A DNA stretch of 63,800 bases, filler included, from Klebsormidium nitens (lineage: Eukaryota; Plantae; Klebsormidiophyceae), in assembly GCA_000708835.1 (NCBI GenBank). It is 6 parts of 6 records of this genome, joined end to end, with 100 filler letters (N's around TTAATTAATTAA, not from the genome) between each part and the next. Parts side by side here need not be neighbours in the genome. Positions count along the whole stretch, not along the records: positions 1 to 24,102 come from DF237460.1; 5 more parts are not named here. One strand, 5' to 3'. Shown here piece after piece: positions 1 to 12,571 of this stretch. The position numbers were made by a program, and so were the translations under genes. The notes under the pieces are model-generated. The model was given only the letters and a program-made list of their open reading frames with translations, was not told the DNA's origin and did no database searches. How positions within the stretch are numbered: position 1 is the stretch's first letter; each line of letters starts with the position of its first letter.

Positions 1-765
1 CTTCTAACAAATTCGGAACTCAGTTTTTCCCTTCGACAGTTTAGTGCCCGTAAACGATTACCACCATGGATTTACGAAGTAGTCACATGCATCCTTCCCC
101 GTTACAATCTTCAAAGCTTTGCAGATTTCACTCGCTCGGGTAGAATTCCCAAGGGCACATGGTGCAGAACAATGACTTCAAGAATAAAGAAGATCGACCT
201 TCAAGAATTGTTGCACAGTATGCAAAACAGAGGCACTGCAGCTGGCCGTTTCTATGCGGAGATCCGAGGTGTGTCACCTCAAATCGATCCGTATATTTGG
301 AATTTCGACCGCACATCCACCCGCTTTAAGTTTTATTTGCGTTCGCACTCTTTTGGACTGCAAGCCCGAATCGTTCATGACGGCAACACATCTCATGCGA
401 ATCACAGCATTGTACAGAATGGGACATCCATAATGACAACTTTCAACATCAACAAAGCCTGCAAAGTGTGCCATTCGACCACACAACACGAAGATGAAAA
501 ACACTTTATGCTCCAGTGCCCAACATATGCGGAGATACGAGAACATATGCTTCAAAGAATCAGACTCGAACTTATTTCGCAATCTTTTCTACCATGCTGG
601 CAGCGTTTTTCCAACTCTGAACAGCAAATTCAAACCGAGATTCTTCTAGGAAAACGGTTTTCCGACTGGCATAAAGACGTACCCTCAATATTTGACAAGC
701 ATCTACGCCCATTCCTTCTTGCTGCAGTGGATAAACGGAATTCATGTCTGGAAGCAAATTCCTGA
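1..765 (+). mobile_element. Non-LTR retrotransposon (LINE) ORF2, C-terminal end with CCHC zinc-finger region (5' part lies outside the window)
   Basis: Frame 1 is open from base 1 to the TGA at 763-765. It contains 'FKFYLRSHSFGL...CKVCHSTTQHEDEKHFMLQCPTYAEIRE', the C-x2-C...EDExHF-x3-CP-x-Y-x2-IR signature found after RT in L1/Tx1/RTE-X-type ORF2. No introns and no clear poly(A) tail. Confidence 0.75.
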
Positions 766-2481
766 TGTTGATATTGCCAGTGTCTGAGCAACATATAAAG
801 TAATGTAATTTTAGCTAACTTCGCAGAGCCATGATATGTCAAAATTACAACCTTCCTGTCATCTCCTTTACATTTTGCGCCGGGACTGTCGCTTTGCCCC
901 TTTATCTCTGCAGATTGAGACGCACCTTGGGTCTCCTCCATGGTTCTACATCAAAGTGCATGCGCGGAAGTACCTTTTCCCCACCGGAAAAAGGCGGGCC
1001 CACTCAAAGAAGCCAAGGGACCCTCGGGGGGTTTTTAACGGCTTCCGCGTTTAGTCTAAATCTTAGAATAGCTTTGATGTAGAACCTTGGGTAGGAGACT
1101 AGCCTAAGTGAGAACTTGTTATGCGGAACATAGCAGGTCTATCTCAAAAGCTTAGGTTGTGCTGTCGTTTAACACATTGAATCCTTCATAGGGCTGCTTC
1201 TAGCACTCGAAAACCCTAATCACCGAGAACTTGTTTACCCGTACCGGTAAAACGGTCGGTTGTCAAATGAAACCATCGATCTCGAGTTGCACGGTCGGGT
1301 CGTGTTAAATGACGTGACACAATCTCGGAGTCCGCCATTCGATACTTTCCCCTCTGCTAAGCAACGGCATGGCCTCGCTTGGAATATCATCTGCATGGAC
1401 TGATGGTTATAAGAGAAGATCCCACCCAAACTTTCTGCCCGGCAGGTTTCGGCTTCTGAATACATGAGTTTGTTCATCAAATTCTTCGGAAGAGGTAGCC
1501 CTCATTGACTTGCGAACGTATCAGAGCCAACGCCTCCCCAGCCTCGACAAGTACACAACAATTTGTCGGTAGTTGTCAAAACTGAACCGCCGGAAAGCTC
1601 TACATGATGCCTTTCCCAATTCAAAGGGACGCACACGCTGCAACAATGTACACGACCATGACCTACTGCTCAGTGGGCCCACGACGACCCACCACGCCTC
1701 CAAGCTGCCAAGCTAGCATAAGCTACGATTTGTGCAAGCTAGCGTTAGGGCATATCGGTAGATTAATACCGACGGTACTAGAGACAGGGTTATACCCCTA
1801 TATTCTGTACGTAGGAAGTGTACATGCAGTGGTAGAGTAGCTTAATTTTCTAATCAAATGTTCAGACTCGCAACAAATTGTGTACTCGCTCCCACTGTCC
1901 GCTACTGTAGGCAACACCGTGGTGCAGTGCTTTACAGCAATACGAACGGTCGATTAGGTTGCTGGTAAACTAGACCTTTGAACGAGGAACTTGTAAAGTA
2001 CAATTCACACGAGCTAGACCTTCTTAGGAATATGTGAAGTACAATTTACCCATCGAGGTTCACCCATGTATTTTGCCGTCTAGTAACATTCGCCTTATCA
2101 CCACCGCATCGTTGAAATAGTTGTCAACCTACTTGAGACCGCGCCGTACTTGTTACGGCAACTGCAGAGGGGTTGGTTATCACTACCGCGTGCTTGTCCA
2201 GTTCAACGCATGAGGTTTCGAGAGTCCTATCTATGTACTTCTCTATACAAGCGTGCTGGCGCCGAAATCTTCCGAGTGACACGAAATTGACGACCTGACA
2301 ACCCTTGATATGCTCGAAAGCGCGCGGATACTGTACACCTAACCTTGACACAACGTGGTCGTTTACCAAAGTACGTGATCGTTTACCAGACGCGGGATCT
2401 GGCCTGATCTAGTTCGGCGTATGTAAGCGGATGTTCGCTACTCGGGACGAGCGCCTCTCCTCTAGAGACCTCGTGCAAGAC

Positions 2482-5400
2482 TCACAACCTCGCTCGTCGA
2501 GCCAAGAGCTCTTCCACCTCCTCGCCACGTGGCAGCTCCACAGAGGGTTTGCTTTCGAAGCGGCCAAGCGCAAATCGATGTAAAGGAACTTCGGGGCACT
2601 TTCCGGTTGTAGCTAGATCGGCCATGATCTTCCCAATGAGGGGGCCAAACTTGAAGCCATGGCCTGTATGGAAAGGCCGTATAAGTGAGCGGCAACCTTC
2701 TTTTTAGAAGCTGATACGTCTTAGCGAACCGGTCAACCTGACAATTCGCCGACAAGAAGCTGCCGTTGTTGGGAAAGATAATCAGGACGAAGTGATATGG
2801 CCAACGGCATCATTCGTTGTCCGACAACAAATGTGGAAAATGGCACTGACAACACTGGTCAATGACGGTAGGTCAAATACGCTGTCACGCATGAGTCCCT
2901 GACGATGCATCCGCAACAGAAGTGTCCCCTTTCTCTTCAACGAGCTGCTTGAATCCCCGGGAGCATCAAGTGCGCATCAGAAAGCAGACGCTACGCACCG
3001 GAGAACCCAGCCGCAACCAGAATTGGGCCCTTTTGTTTCGGTTGGTCGGGCAGCGGCAGAAAGTCGAGGATGAAATCCTGCAACAGGTGTCAAAGATACT
3101 CAGTACAATACCAGGGCCTGGCCTCGACACTCTGCCGGCCAGTGTGGAGAAGGAAATAAAACCTTTGGATCTCGGATCTCACCCGTCGCCTCCTTTTCTC
3201 CACGCCTAACAGAGAAACACACAAACGCCTTACTCGGACGACAAATGCTAACATCACCCAGCGTCGTGAAAGACCTGCAGCCCTTGTCAACCACCAACGC
3301 ATTGACTCCACAGAATTAGTGAACAGGCCAGGAAACTCGGTTAAAATCATGAGATCATATCAGCTTTCCAGAGCTGACGTCATACGTCAGTTTTCGCTAA
3401 CATTGCTCGCCTCATGCGTCGTTCAAGATACACGCAACCCTCCGCAAACATAGAAAACCTAACAAGGTTACTTAACCAGATTCCCTAACAAAGAAACCTG
3501 ATCAGATAACGTAGTCCATCTTATCTGGTGTCTTGAGATCTACGCACCGCTTTGCGAGCGCAATTTTCAGCAGAAGCTTTGTTTGATGTAAAAAACGGCG
3601 AAAATAGGCGAACCTTGAACCTGAAGCCTGATACCACTGACCCTTAACTCGCGGAAATACATGCACCCCTCCGCCTGCTCCACTTTGCGTTTGTTTTCAA
3701 ACCTCACTGTGCCTACCCAGACCACAAAATGACACCTACTCAGCTGACGTCACTGACCTCGTCTGGCGTCATGGAGTACATGCACCCCTCCGCAAGCGCG
3801 GGCGCGTCCGTCCTCACAGCACTCCCAAACTTTTCCCTCAGAAACGGCACCACGTACTTGTGGACGTCCGCGAGGAGCGGCTCCGGCGCGCGGGCGTCCG
3901 GGTCGCAGAGCGGGCCCAGGTGGAAAGCGGCCTGCGGGACACAAGAAGATGACGTCAGCATAACGTCGTTCGCTCGAGTTGAACGCAGGAGAAGAAAGGA
4001 ATATGGCGTCGGGAGGTGCCGTCATGGCCCTCGGCTTCTTGCGGTGTCGGCCGGCCGAGGAGTGCAGGCGGGAGGGAAGCAATACGACGACAGCACTGGA
4101 GAGAGCCAGTGAGCTCGTGGCACGACGGCAGCCATGCAGGTTGCTAACAACCCTGCTGCCCGGGTCTGGCTGACGTCAGGACGAGATACCAGGAAAACGG
4201 CCCGCTGACTTCACTCGACTTTTGGATCCGCAGATTCGGCTGAGTCTGACCATAAGATGCGCTCAGCAACATGGGCAAAGCCTTCTACTCTCGTCCAACG
4301 CAGTGGGTCCACTGCCTAAACGATTGAGTGGGTTGCCTCTTTGACTCCAATAAAAGTCAAAGACAGCTCACAAACGGCCAAAGCGGCCCAAACGACACCT
4401 CAACTTTTCCGGTTGGACAGGGCCCACAATCTCCACGGTCGCTCACAGAACGTTGAGCTTATGAAATTGCCAACTAGATGGGCGAGCTCCCTTAGGAGGC
4501 GCGGACGGGGTGCACACTGACAGCTAGGCAGACGGGATTACCTTCAGGAGGCCGGGAAACTCGAGGCACGGCATGCCGTAGATGAGCGCCGGCTGCTCGT
4601 AGTTGATGAAGACGGGGAAGCCCTTAGCGGCACTGAAGCCGTCCGTGCCAATAGTGCGCCAATAGGCGACCTGGAAAAGGGTAGGAAACGAGGTGACGTC
4701 AGATGGGACGTAAAGCTTGACGACCGGGTCAGCAGTAGAAGGGACACATTCCCACTGGTTCACGAAGTTTGATTTCCAGGAAACAGATTGCGTTGCCAAC
4801 CTGCCTTCGAAAAGATGAAATGGCGACAGCCAACCTGAATTGCAGGAAGACAGACTGTCTTTCCCAATCCCCGCAGAAGCCGGAATGGCGGAATCGCAAT
4901 AGCGGGGGTTCTTGGCGAACCTACCAAATAGAGACCATGCGCGGATAAGCACCCCAAGAAGCAGGACGCTTTACAGGGGGGAAAGGCCCAGAACAGGAGC
5001 GTCAATCTACTTGGGAACAGTTGAACGAGTCTAACTCCTGGAAAAGCAGAGACAGACAGCGCTGCTTTTTCTCACAAAAGGGCGTCTTTCCAAGAGCAGG
5101 AAAGGACATCAAGACTTACAAATCAGCGGGACGAGAAGCGAGAGTGGAGACCGATAAGAACATAAAGGGGACCCGAAGGGAAGGTCCGCAGGGAGTAGAT
5201 GGTAAGAAGGGAATCGGAAAGACGAAGGAAGAAAGAGAATCGGAGAAGTACGCACAGTCGTATGAAGGGGCTCGACCGGCACCTCAACCCCGGCGATCTT
5301 TTTGAAAAGCGACTTGCTCCATGCGCCTGTAGTTGAAAGGGAACGCCGTTAGCGGTTTCTGCAGAAGACCAAAGGCTCAGATAGGGGCATCCAGGACAGA

Positions 5401-8131
5401 TGTGGGCTGTAGTATGTGATCCTTCTCAAGGCATTGAAACGGGCAAACCTGCGGATTGTTATGAAACATTAGCCGAGATCTCGCTTGTTTGAACTGGAAG
5501 CTTGGATTGTGAGCCGCGAGAAAACAGCAGTTGAACCCCGGGATGCGCAAATGCCAATCCGCAACCGACTCGAACGAGGATAACGTCAGCCGCAGCTCTC
5601 TTGCATACCAGGCTTCGCGCAAACGTCAGCGTACAGAGAGCCCACAACAGCGTCCAAAATCATAACGAGGTCGAGGCTCCTTGAGCTCAAAGTCAGGTCA
5701 AAGGGAAGAACTCCGTGACCTGCTGCAATGACGCACTTCTTGCCCGCAAAGACCGTGCGTCCGTCGTTCGCCAAAACTTCTACCCCGGTCGACCCGTCAA
5801 CAAGCCGCTTCGTGCCGATGTGCTCTATCTGCGGGTCAGGGGGCAGGCTCGTGTCATGCTGACGTCTAGAATCATGCGCTTAGTTTTGAGTGAAAGAACC
5901 AGAAAGACCCTGATTCGAAGGTCTACGATCACTCACCAAGCATAGGCAGATATCCTGCACATTCTGACACCTGACTTGCAAAGAACGCCGACAAGAGCAG
6001 CAAAAATGGTTGTCGCTTTCTCTTGAGCTTCATCTGCCAGACAAGGGTAAGCCTTCTTGGAAACCGACACGGGCCCATCCAAGGCGTAAAAGGGCCGGCA
6101 GCGTACCGTAGCTTTTTCCACAACACTGGGGGCCTCGTTCATTCAGAAACGGGAAACTTGATGCTACGATGGAAACCTTCAATACAAAGAGAAACTCAAC
6201 GATTCGACCCAACCTCCCCGAACGCCCCCTTACAAACGCAGCGAGACTCGCCGAAAGCACTTCACAAGCGATTGGTCAAGACAGAACACCGTCCTGCAAT
6301 CTTCACGGCGCTATGTCGAGGGAAACTTAAAACGCGCTCGAAAAGACAATAACTAGCAACGGTCCTTGCAGCCTCACCTTGATTCGGTCCCTGAGCGTTG
6401 CACCCCGTGCAGTGGCTAGTCGCTGAAACATCGCGACAGCCTTTGTGGCGTTGAGCACACCTGAAAACAACGGAAAGAGCAAATGTGAGCAACAGGCGAA
6501 GATAAGAACAAAACGTTCGGGCTGCGTTTTGCGTTGGTTCCGTTTTTGGCCCCTATTTGCAAGGTGCTAAATGAGCTGTCATTGCCACACACACACGCGA
6601 CCGTTCAATAATGAGAACAGTAAAAGGAGTAAGCAAACGCTGGCGCAGATAAAAGTTGTCTCGACCAGAAATGAACTTGTCCCGGCTCTTAACGAGGTCC
6701 TCACAAGCCAGTTTCGACCGCTTTCAAGAGGTACAATCGTTGAAAGCAAGAGCGCAATATCGGATGACGTCAAGGGTGATTGGACGGGAGGAGGAGCGCC
6801 CAACCTGCGGCGGGGCTGTAGATGGCCACGTGGTCGTCTGGGAGACGCAGCTGCGGGAAGCGGTCCATCGCGGCTGCGGCGGTCAAGACCTCGTGCTCGA
6901 CTTTGTGTACCTCGCAGGAGCGGATGAGGCCCTGCAACCGAGGTGCGAAATATTAGATGAAACATTCGACGACGCCAGCTGAGATTGGATTTCGACCATG
7001 CAGAAGTCCGAGTCAGCTTCAGGAATACTCCTACGTCGACTTCTCTTCTCCAGAGGTTGAGGAGGACTCGTTCCCTACCTTTTGGGAACACCAACTGAAA
7101 AGGGGGGATTCTTTGCGCCGCACTTCTCCAAGAAGGTCCTGTTTCAGAACGGCGTGTAAAAGCTATGCGAGCACTGGGTGTTAAAGACATCAGGAAGGAC
7201 TCTCCACGAAAATTTGGCTTCTGCTTGCGGTTCACGTCTTCGATCAAACTTACTTTCAGAATCTTACTCCACGCAACCTTTGCGAGTAGGTTGCGTCTGA
7301 ATGTTCGTGGGCCGTGAATCATTTGCCTACAAAGATCTTCGTTTCTCGTGTAGTACTTGGCCTGACGATTTGGTGAATGTGTATGAACTTAAGACAATAC
7401 GAGGTAAGATTCCTCACGACTTCGGAAGGATGCGGATGCCAGACAAAGGCTGTTGCTCTGAGCAACTTCGGAAGATCCACACCGGCATACTTCAGAAAGC
7501 AGTGGTTTGGTGAGACCAAATGAGGCAAGAACGTACCTGCACTTCAGCATTGTTGCGCCGCCCAAAGTCGAGGCCCCCTGTCTGGGTATAAACCCGTACG
7601 CCCGCCTCCTGCTGTGCCTCTTCCCATAGGTTATACGACAATTCCATCATTTTCTGCACAGAAAAGACGCCATCAACTACTGACAGGTCCCTGATGCTGG
7701 TGAGAATATGAAGCAGAAGGGCCTCCCTCCAGTGTAATCTACCAAACTCCTCGTCCAGATGACTGTATCTCAGACTTGCCCGGGCTGCATAACTTCTGCA
7801 ATAAGTAACCTCTCTTTTAGAAACATTGTTAGACCTAGTTCGGGAACATCTTTGAAAGAAAAAGGAAGGACACAGAGAACCCAAAAGAGAGAAACTCAGA
7901 AAGGGAAGCATGCGAGAGCAGTAATCATGCCAAGCAGCTCACAGTGTAATAGTCCTGCGGATATGTGCGCCGAATGATCCTTGACTCCCCATGACTGGAC
8001 CCCCGCCGGTGCAGGAAGTCAAACTGCTCAAGAAGGAGCACCGTTCGACCACGGCGCGTCAATTCCCAAGCAGTGGCGCTGCCCATGATGCCAGCGCCCA
8101 CCACGATGACGTCGTGGGTGATGTCAGCCAT
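2482..8131 (-). CDS. SOX: Sarcosine oxidase / L-pipecolate oxidase (FAD-dependent, probably peroxisomal), 10 exons, 419 aa
   Basis: Exons (minus strand): 7943-8131, 7537-7653, 6805-6931, 6378-6460, 5720-5828, 5256-5326, 4542-4670, 3758-3931, 2999-3077, 2482-2663. All introns are GT-AG, phases are consistent, and the total is 1260 nt. Motifs: [15 protein letters not shown] (GxGxxG), [42 protein letters not shown]-terminal ARL (PTS1-like). The ATG is directly preceded by an acceptor-like tract, so a 5'UTR intron is likely. Confidence 0.93.
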
Positions 8132-9873
8132 CTGATGAAGAAGGCTGTTCGACTATGAGAACCGGATGGAAAGTTTGTAAACGATGTGTTAGCATTTTGA
8201 AAACAAAAATTATAGGGAACATATTAGCGTGTTCGATCCCTCTCTCTCCTTTTACGCCCAATAGATCTGAATCCACGCCAGAGGCTTGAAGGAAGAAAGC
8301 TGCTGCCAGAAAAGGACACGCAACTGAATGCAGTTGCGGGTAGACCTCATCCTGAAATGTTTATAAGGCAAGGAAAATGTGAAAGCTTCAGGACTGGTGT
8401 CTAAACGACAACCACTGACCACTGTAAATGATAAATGATAAGCCCCCCAGCTGTGGCATGCTGCAGGCCTTATCGTGTGTTGTCAGCTCCTGGAGATCAA
8501 GGACGATGTATTAGTCCGAGAACGTCGTCATCAAGCTGCTTGAGCAATCGAGTATTAGACAGCATTCAGCCTGACGGCTGCTCGACAACAACAGAGCAAC
8601 CATGATGCAACGTCGATTGTTTAATCCTGCTTTGATTGGCTGCAAGCTCAATGGATATTCATGTACAGACATGTGCCAGAACATTGAATGAAGCGCAGGG
8701 GGCCAATCAATCTCCTTGAAGTACGCCACAGCAAAACACAAGCGCATTTGTGTCTCATACTCCCTACTTGACCAAGACATCCCAGACAAGAGAAACCCAT
8801 GTTTGAAAGCGGCCGGTCAGTTTGCGCAGATGAGCAGCATTTCAGCTCCTTGAGCAGAAAAGGCGACCACTATAGGCACTACTTTTTAAGCTGAGGAGGA
8901 GAGATGCTAGCGATAGCTCAACATATCTCCCAATGCTTCAAGATTGCGGTCCCAAATCTGGGTCCACACCCGGCGAGTCAAAAGACCGATGCTGCCAGCT
9001 CATCTCGGAGATCTCAATTGCATATGATACAGACACATTGGATTGAAAGGATAAGAGGTACTTTTAGTAAAATTTCAGCTGGTCCTGCTTCCAATGCTGG
9101 CGATTCAACTCACTCACTTTAGCTTCAAGCGTGATCGTAAGTCCAACGGAAGATGCCAAATCTGCTCCCCTGCTCAGCTGCAGGCTCAGTGGGCCCAAGC
9201 CTCAAACTTCAAAGTGCGCTGCCAGAGCAAAGGAGCCATGCGCACCACTTCTGTTTGAGCCTCAAGGCTCAAGGCTGATCTCGAGTCGTGGGGCTCACGA
9301 GTCAGAGGCTGAGATGCTCGATCCCCACACTGCTACGAATTCTGGGTTGTCCCAAAGGGTGTACATGTGAATGCGCTCCATTGGATCGTTACCGAACGTA
9401 CCGTGCGGTTTGGCAGACGGGTCCCGGGTCCGTCAGGGGCCCGTAGCCGCTGGAGCTAAGGTACGCCGTCTTTGAAGAACGGCACCAAACACGTTGTGTG
9501 ACCCTATCGTGTGAGGGTATTCTCACCAGGCTGGAGTCAGGTGGCGCGAAAATGGGAATTTTCAAGCTGCTTGAAACAGAAAGTTTCTCGTCTCTCAATC
9601 TGAATCAGAAAGTTGGAGGAAGGTCTGGCAGGACGGTTGCAGAGGCGCAGATCCGAGAAGAACATTTTGCGAGAGCGGGGCGGCAGGGCGCTTTGAGTCG
9701 TGAAGGAGACTTGTAAGTTGCTTCTTCCAGCAGTCCCTTGAGAGTAAAAGTACGGTGGTCGCAGCGCTTGCAAGGGCAAGCCCCACCGGAAGAGGACAGA
9801 ACTTGGTTGTAGGAGTTGTACGAGAAGACAGGAGGTTCACCAAACAAGGGCTGAGTGCAAAGAGGTCACAGCC

Positions 9874-12571
9874 ATGCCGAAGAATAAGGGTGAGTTGGTG
9901 GAAGATTGTTTAAGCTTGTGCACAGTGTTGGAGGGCAGGCTTGTCGTGCACCCTTATGCTTGCCCTGTGCAGCAGCTAGTGCGTCTTTCACTAAACCTGC
10001 TCTATGAGGCAGATGCAACACTCTTGTTGCGCATGCAGCCTTTGATGGCGCATGACTGTTGACTCCCTTTCCTGTCAAGTTCTTTTACATGCCCTGGTAT
10101 GTTTCTTATTTTATCAATGTTGGAGACACTCTAATAGTTGGCTTACTGTTTAGAAGTTGGTGTACTGGCTGGGAAGAAAGGCTCATGGTCGAAGCAGGGG
10201 ACGTTATGTCAACTTTTGGCTTCTACTAACATCCTCTCTTGAGCCATCCTGAATCCTTAATTTCAGAGCTCCAATTGCTGAGTCTCTTTCAAAGCAATAT
10301 CAGCCCCAGGTCAAATTGACCTTTGCATCCTTTTCAGTCCTTGCCTCATCCAACTGCTCTAGAAGTTTCCATCAGCCATTCCAGAGAGTGTTTTCGGTTG
10401 GAGCCTGCTGCTGGTCATGACTTGACGGCAATTCTCTTTTGCCCGCTGGTGATCATAACCCTATGTTGTATGGTTTCTGTTCTACAAATTGGGGAGGATT
10501 ACTTCAGCTCTTGCTATTTAGAAGCTGCGGGGCTTGTGTTCCGCACGCAGGTAATGGTGTTAGGGTTTGAAGTCTGTCGCAATGTCTGCTTGTTTCGCGT
10601 TCAACTGCATACTTGTAATCCGAAGCTGCAATTGTATAAGGGTCTCTATATTTGATTCTTGGCACTGTGTGCGCCTTCATGTAAGTCATGCTTTTCAGGG
10701 CTTTGAGCAGGCTCGCAAATTACCTTGCCCGAGAGGCTGGCCAAAGGTTTGATTGCATTCTCTAGTTTCTTCAGTTCACAGGAAAGATTAGTACTCCTGC
10801 ACCTAGGAATGGGCAGACAAGCAGTGATGAGGCGAGTACGCAGTGCACAATTGATCAGAGAATCTTGGCCTTCATGTTACTGTAGGTGACAGATCTTGAC
10901 CCATGATGATTCCTGTTGAGCAGGACTGTGGGTGACAGAATCTGACCCACAATAAATCCTCTTTTGTAGGAAAGGGAGGAAAGAACAGGAGAAGAGGAAA
11001 GAACGAGAATGAAGAGAAGCGAGAGCTGATCTTCAAAGAGGACGGGCAGGGTGAGTTGCGGAGCAGTGTTGGTGCTGGAGCAGCTCCCGATTCATTTTTT
11101 TTCCGGCACCTCAAGCTTGTCTTTTGATGTTTTTTCTGGATTGTGCGAGAGGTTATCTGCTCATGGCACTGCACAGGCCGTAGTGATTGCTTCTAATTTG
11201 GCAGGTGGGGGATTCCGTCCTCTTGCTGATTTCTTTGTCAGCACATTTAGCCGCGTCACACTAAGCCACTTCACTTGGATTCCTTCAGTAGAGCTTTCTC
11301 TGGAGCGGCGTGTGAATCCTTTTTTCCGCTCTGCAGAGTATGCGCAAGTGCTGCGGATGCTGGGGAATGGACGGCTGGAGGCGCAGTGCATGGACGGCAG
11401 TAAGCGGCTATGCCACATCAGGGGAAAGCTTCGAAAAAAGGTTTGGGTGAACGCGGTAAGTACTTATGCCCTGCCCCGTATTTGAATCAGAGCTGCAGAA
11501 ACGAGAGTCCGTGTTTTTGAAGTCAGTGTCTATGTACTGCACCTAATGATGTCTTGAGGTGGCGTAGCGTCTGGAGCATCAAGTATGTGCTCACACTTTT
11601 GCTGCACCAGACGCTACTGGTCTGATCGTAAGCTTCTGTCTTGCAGGGAGACATCATCCTTGTTGGACTCCGAGATTACCAAGACGAAAAGGCTGACGTC
11701 ATTACAAAGTGAGTCGACTTGTTGCTTTCCCTCTTGGATCCATTTTGCCCAGGCATCTCCCTTAAATGGGGCTTGGCATGCGTATTGCAGATTCGTCTGG
11801 ATGATGTCGGGCAATATGGCAACCTTTCCCCTCTTCACGAAGGTTTCCCGTCTTCATCTCTGGATTTCAAATCTTAGAATCTGGACACATGTAACTGGAT
11901 TGTCATCTTTCCTGGCAGGTACATGGCTGACGAGGCCCGTAGTTTGAAAGCCTACGGAGAGTTGCCTGACTCGAGTGAGTCCTCCGGTCCTTGTCTCGCA
12001 ACGCTCTTGTGCCAAGTGAACTGGCAGCCATTATCTTTTGACATGGATTAGGCCGTTGTTCAAAAGCAAACTTGGCCGTAATATGTGCGTGATGATGTTT
12101 CGTTTGATAGTTGTGTCCTGGCTGATCATAACAGGTTGGCCTCTTTTCGGTGTTCTGGTCCTGTGCCGCGGTGGAAGTTAAGCCTGGATTGGATTCTCAT
12201 TTACGTGTTTTTTCGACCCTGCAGTCCGTGTCAATGAAACGGACACGTTTGCTGACGACGAGAACGAAGAGGACGACTACTTCGATTTCGATGACATCAG
12301 CGAGGTGAGCACGGTTTGCTGTTCTCTTCTTCCAAGGGCGGACTTGTTAAATACGTTTCCCTGATGTTTGCTGGCACGGTCGAGTTGAGGGGATGCTTCA
12401 CCTGTGATCATATAGATCTATGTTCGCACGGTGCTTGAATTTGTACGACCCTATAAGGCAAGTGTTGAGGTGCTCCAGGCGGCTCAAAAGAGGCCTTCTC
12501 ATCTGGACAGGTCAGTATCCTCGTCGTTTCTACTCCACTTACGTTTCCGTTGTTTTCTTTTGCAGATCTAG
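9874..12571 (+). CDS. eIF1A: Eukaryotic translation initiation factor 1A, 7 exons, 139 aa
   Basis: Exons 9874-9889, 10970-11050, 11337-11455, 11647-11708, 11919-11974, 12225-12304, 12566-12571 (420 nt, GT-AG). Translation [109 protein letters not shown]... followed by an acidic tail. Confidence 0.96.
10560..10568 (-). promoter_or_regulatory. Telo-box-like motif (AAACCCTAA) in eIF1A intron 1
   Basis: TTAGGGTTT at 10560-10568. A similar AAACCCTAAA lies in NSE1 intron 1 (19997-20006). Telo-boxes are known in 5' regions of plant translation and replication genes, but a 9-mer can occur by chance. Confidence 0.25.

Noticed and set aside
6579-7322. 247-aa minus-strand ORF and overlapping plus-strand ORFs
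   Set aside because: They overlap the SOX exon 6805-6931 in the wrong frame or strand; the spliced SOX model explains the coding signal.
9389-9847. Ser/Pro-rich minus-strand ORFs as a transit-peptide extension of SOX
   Set aside because: The candidate donor at about 9401 is out of phase with the SOX ATG exon, and the in-phase frame has a nearby stop. At most this is 5'UTR in a divergent SOX/eIF1A promoter region.
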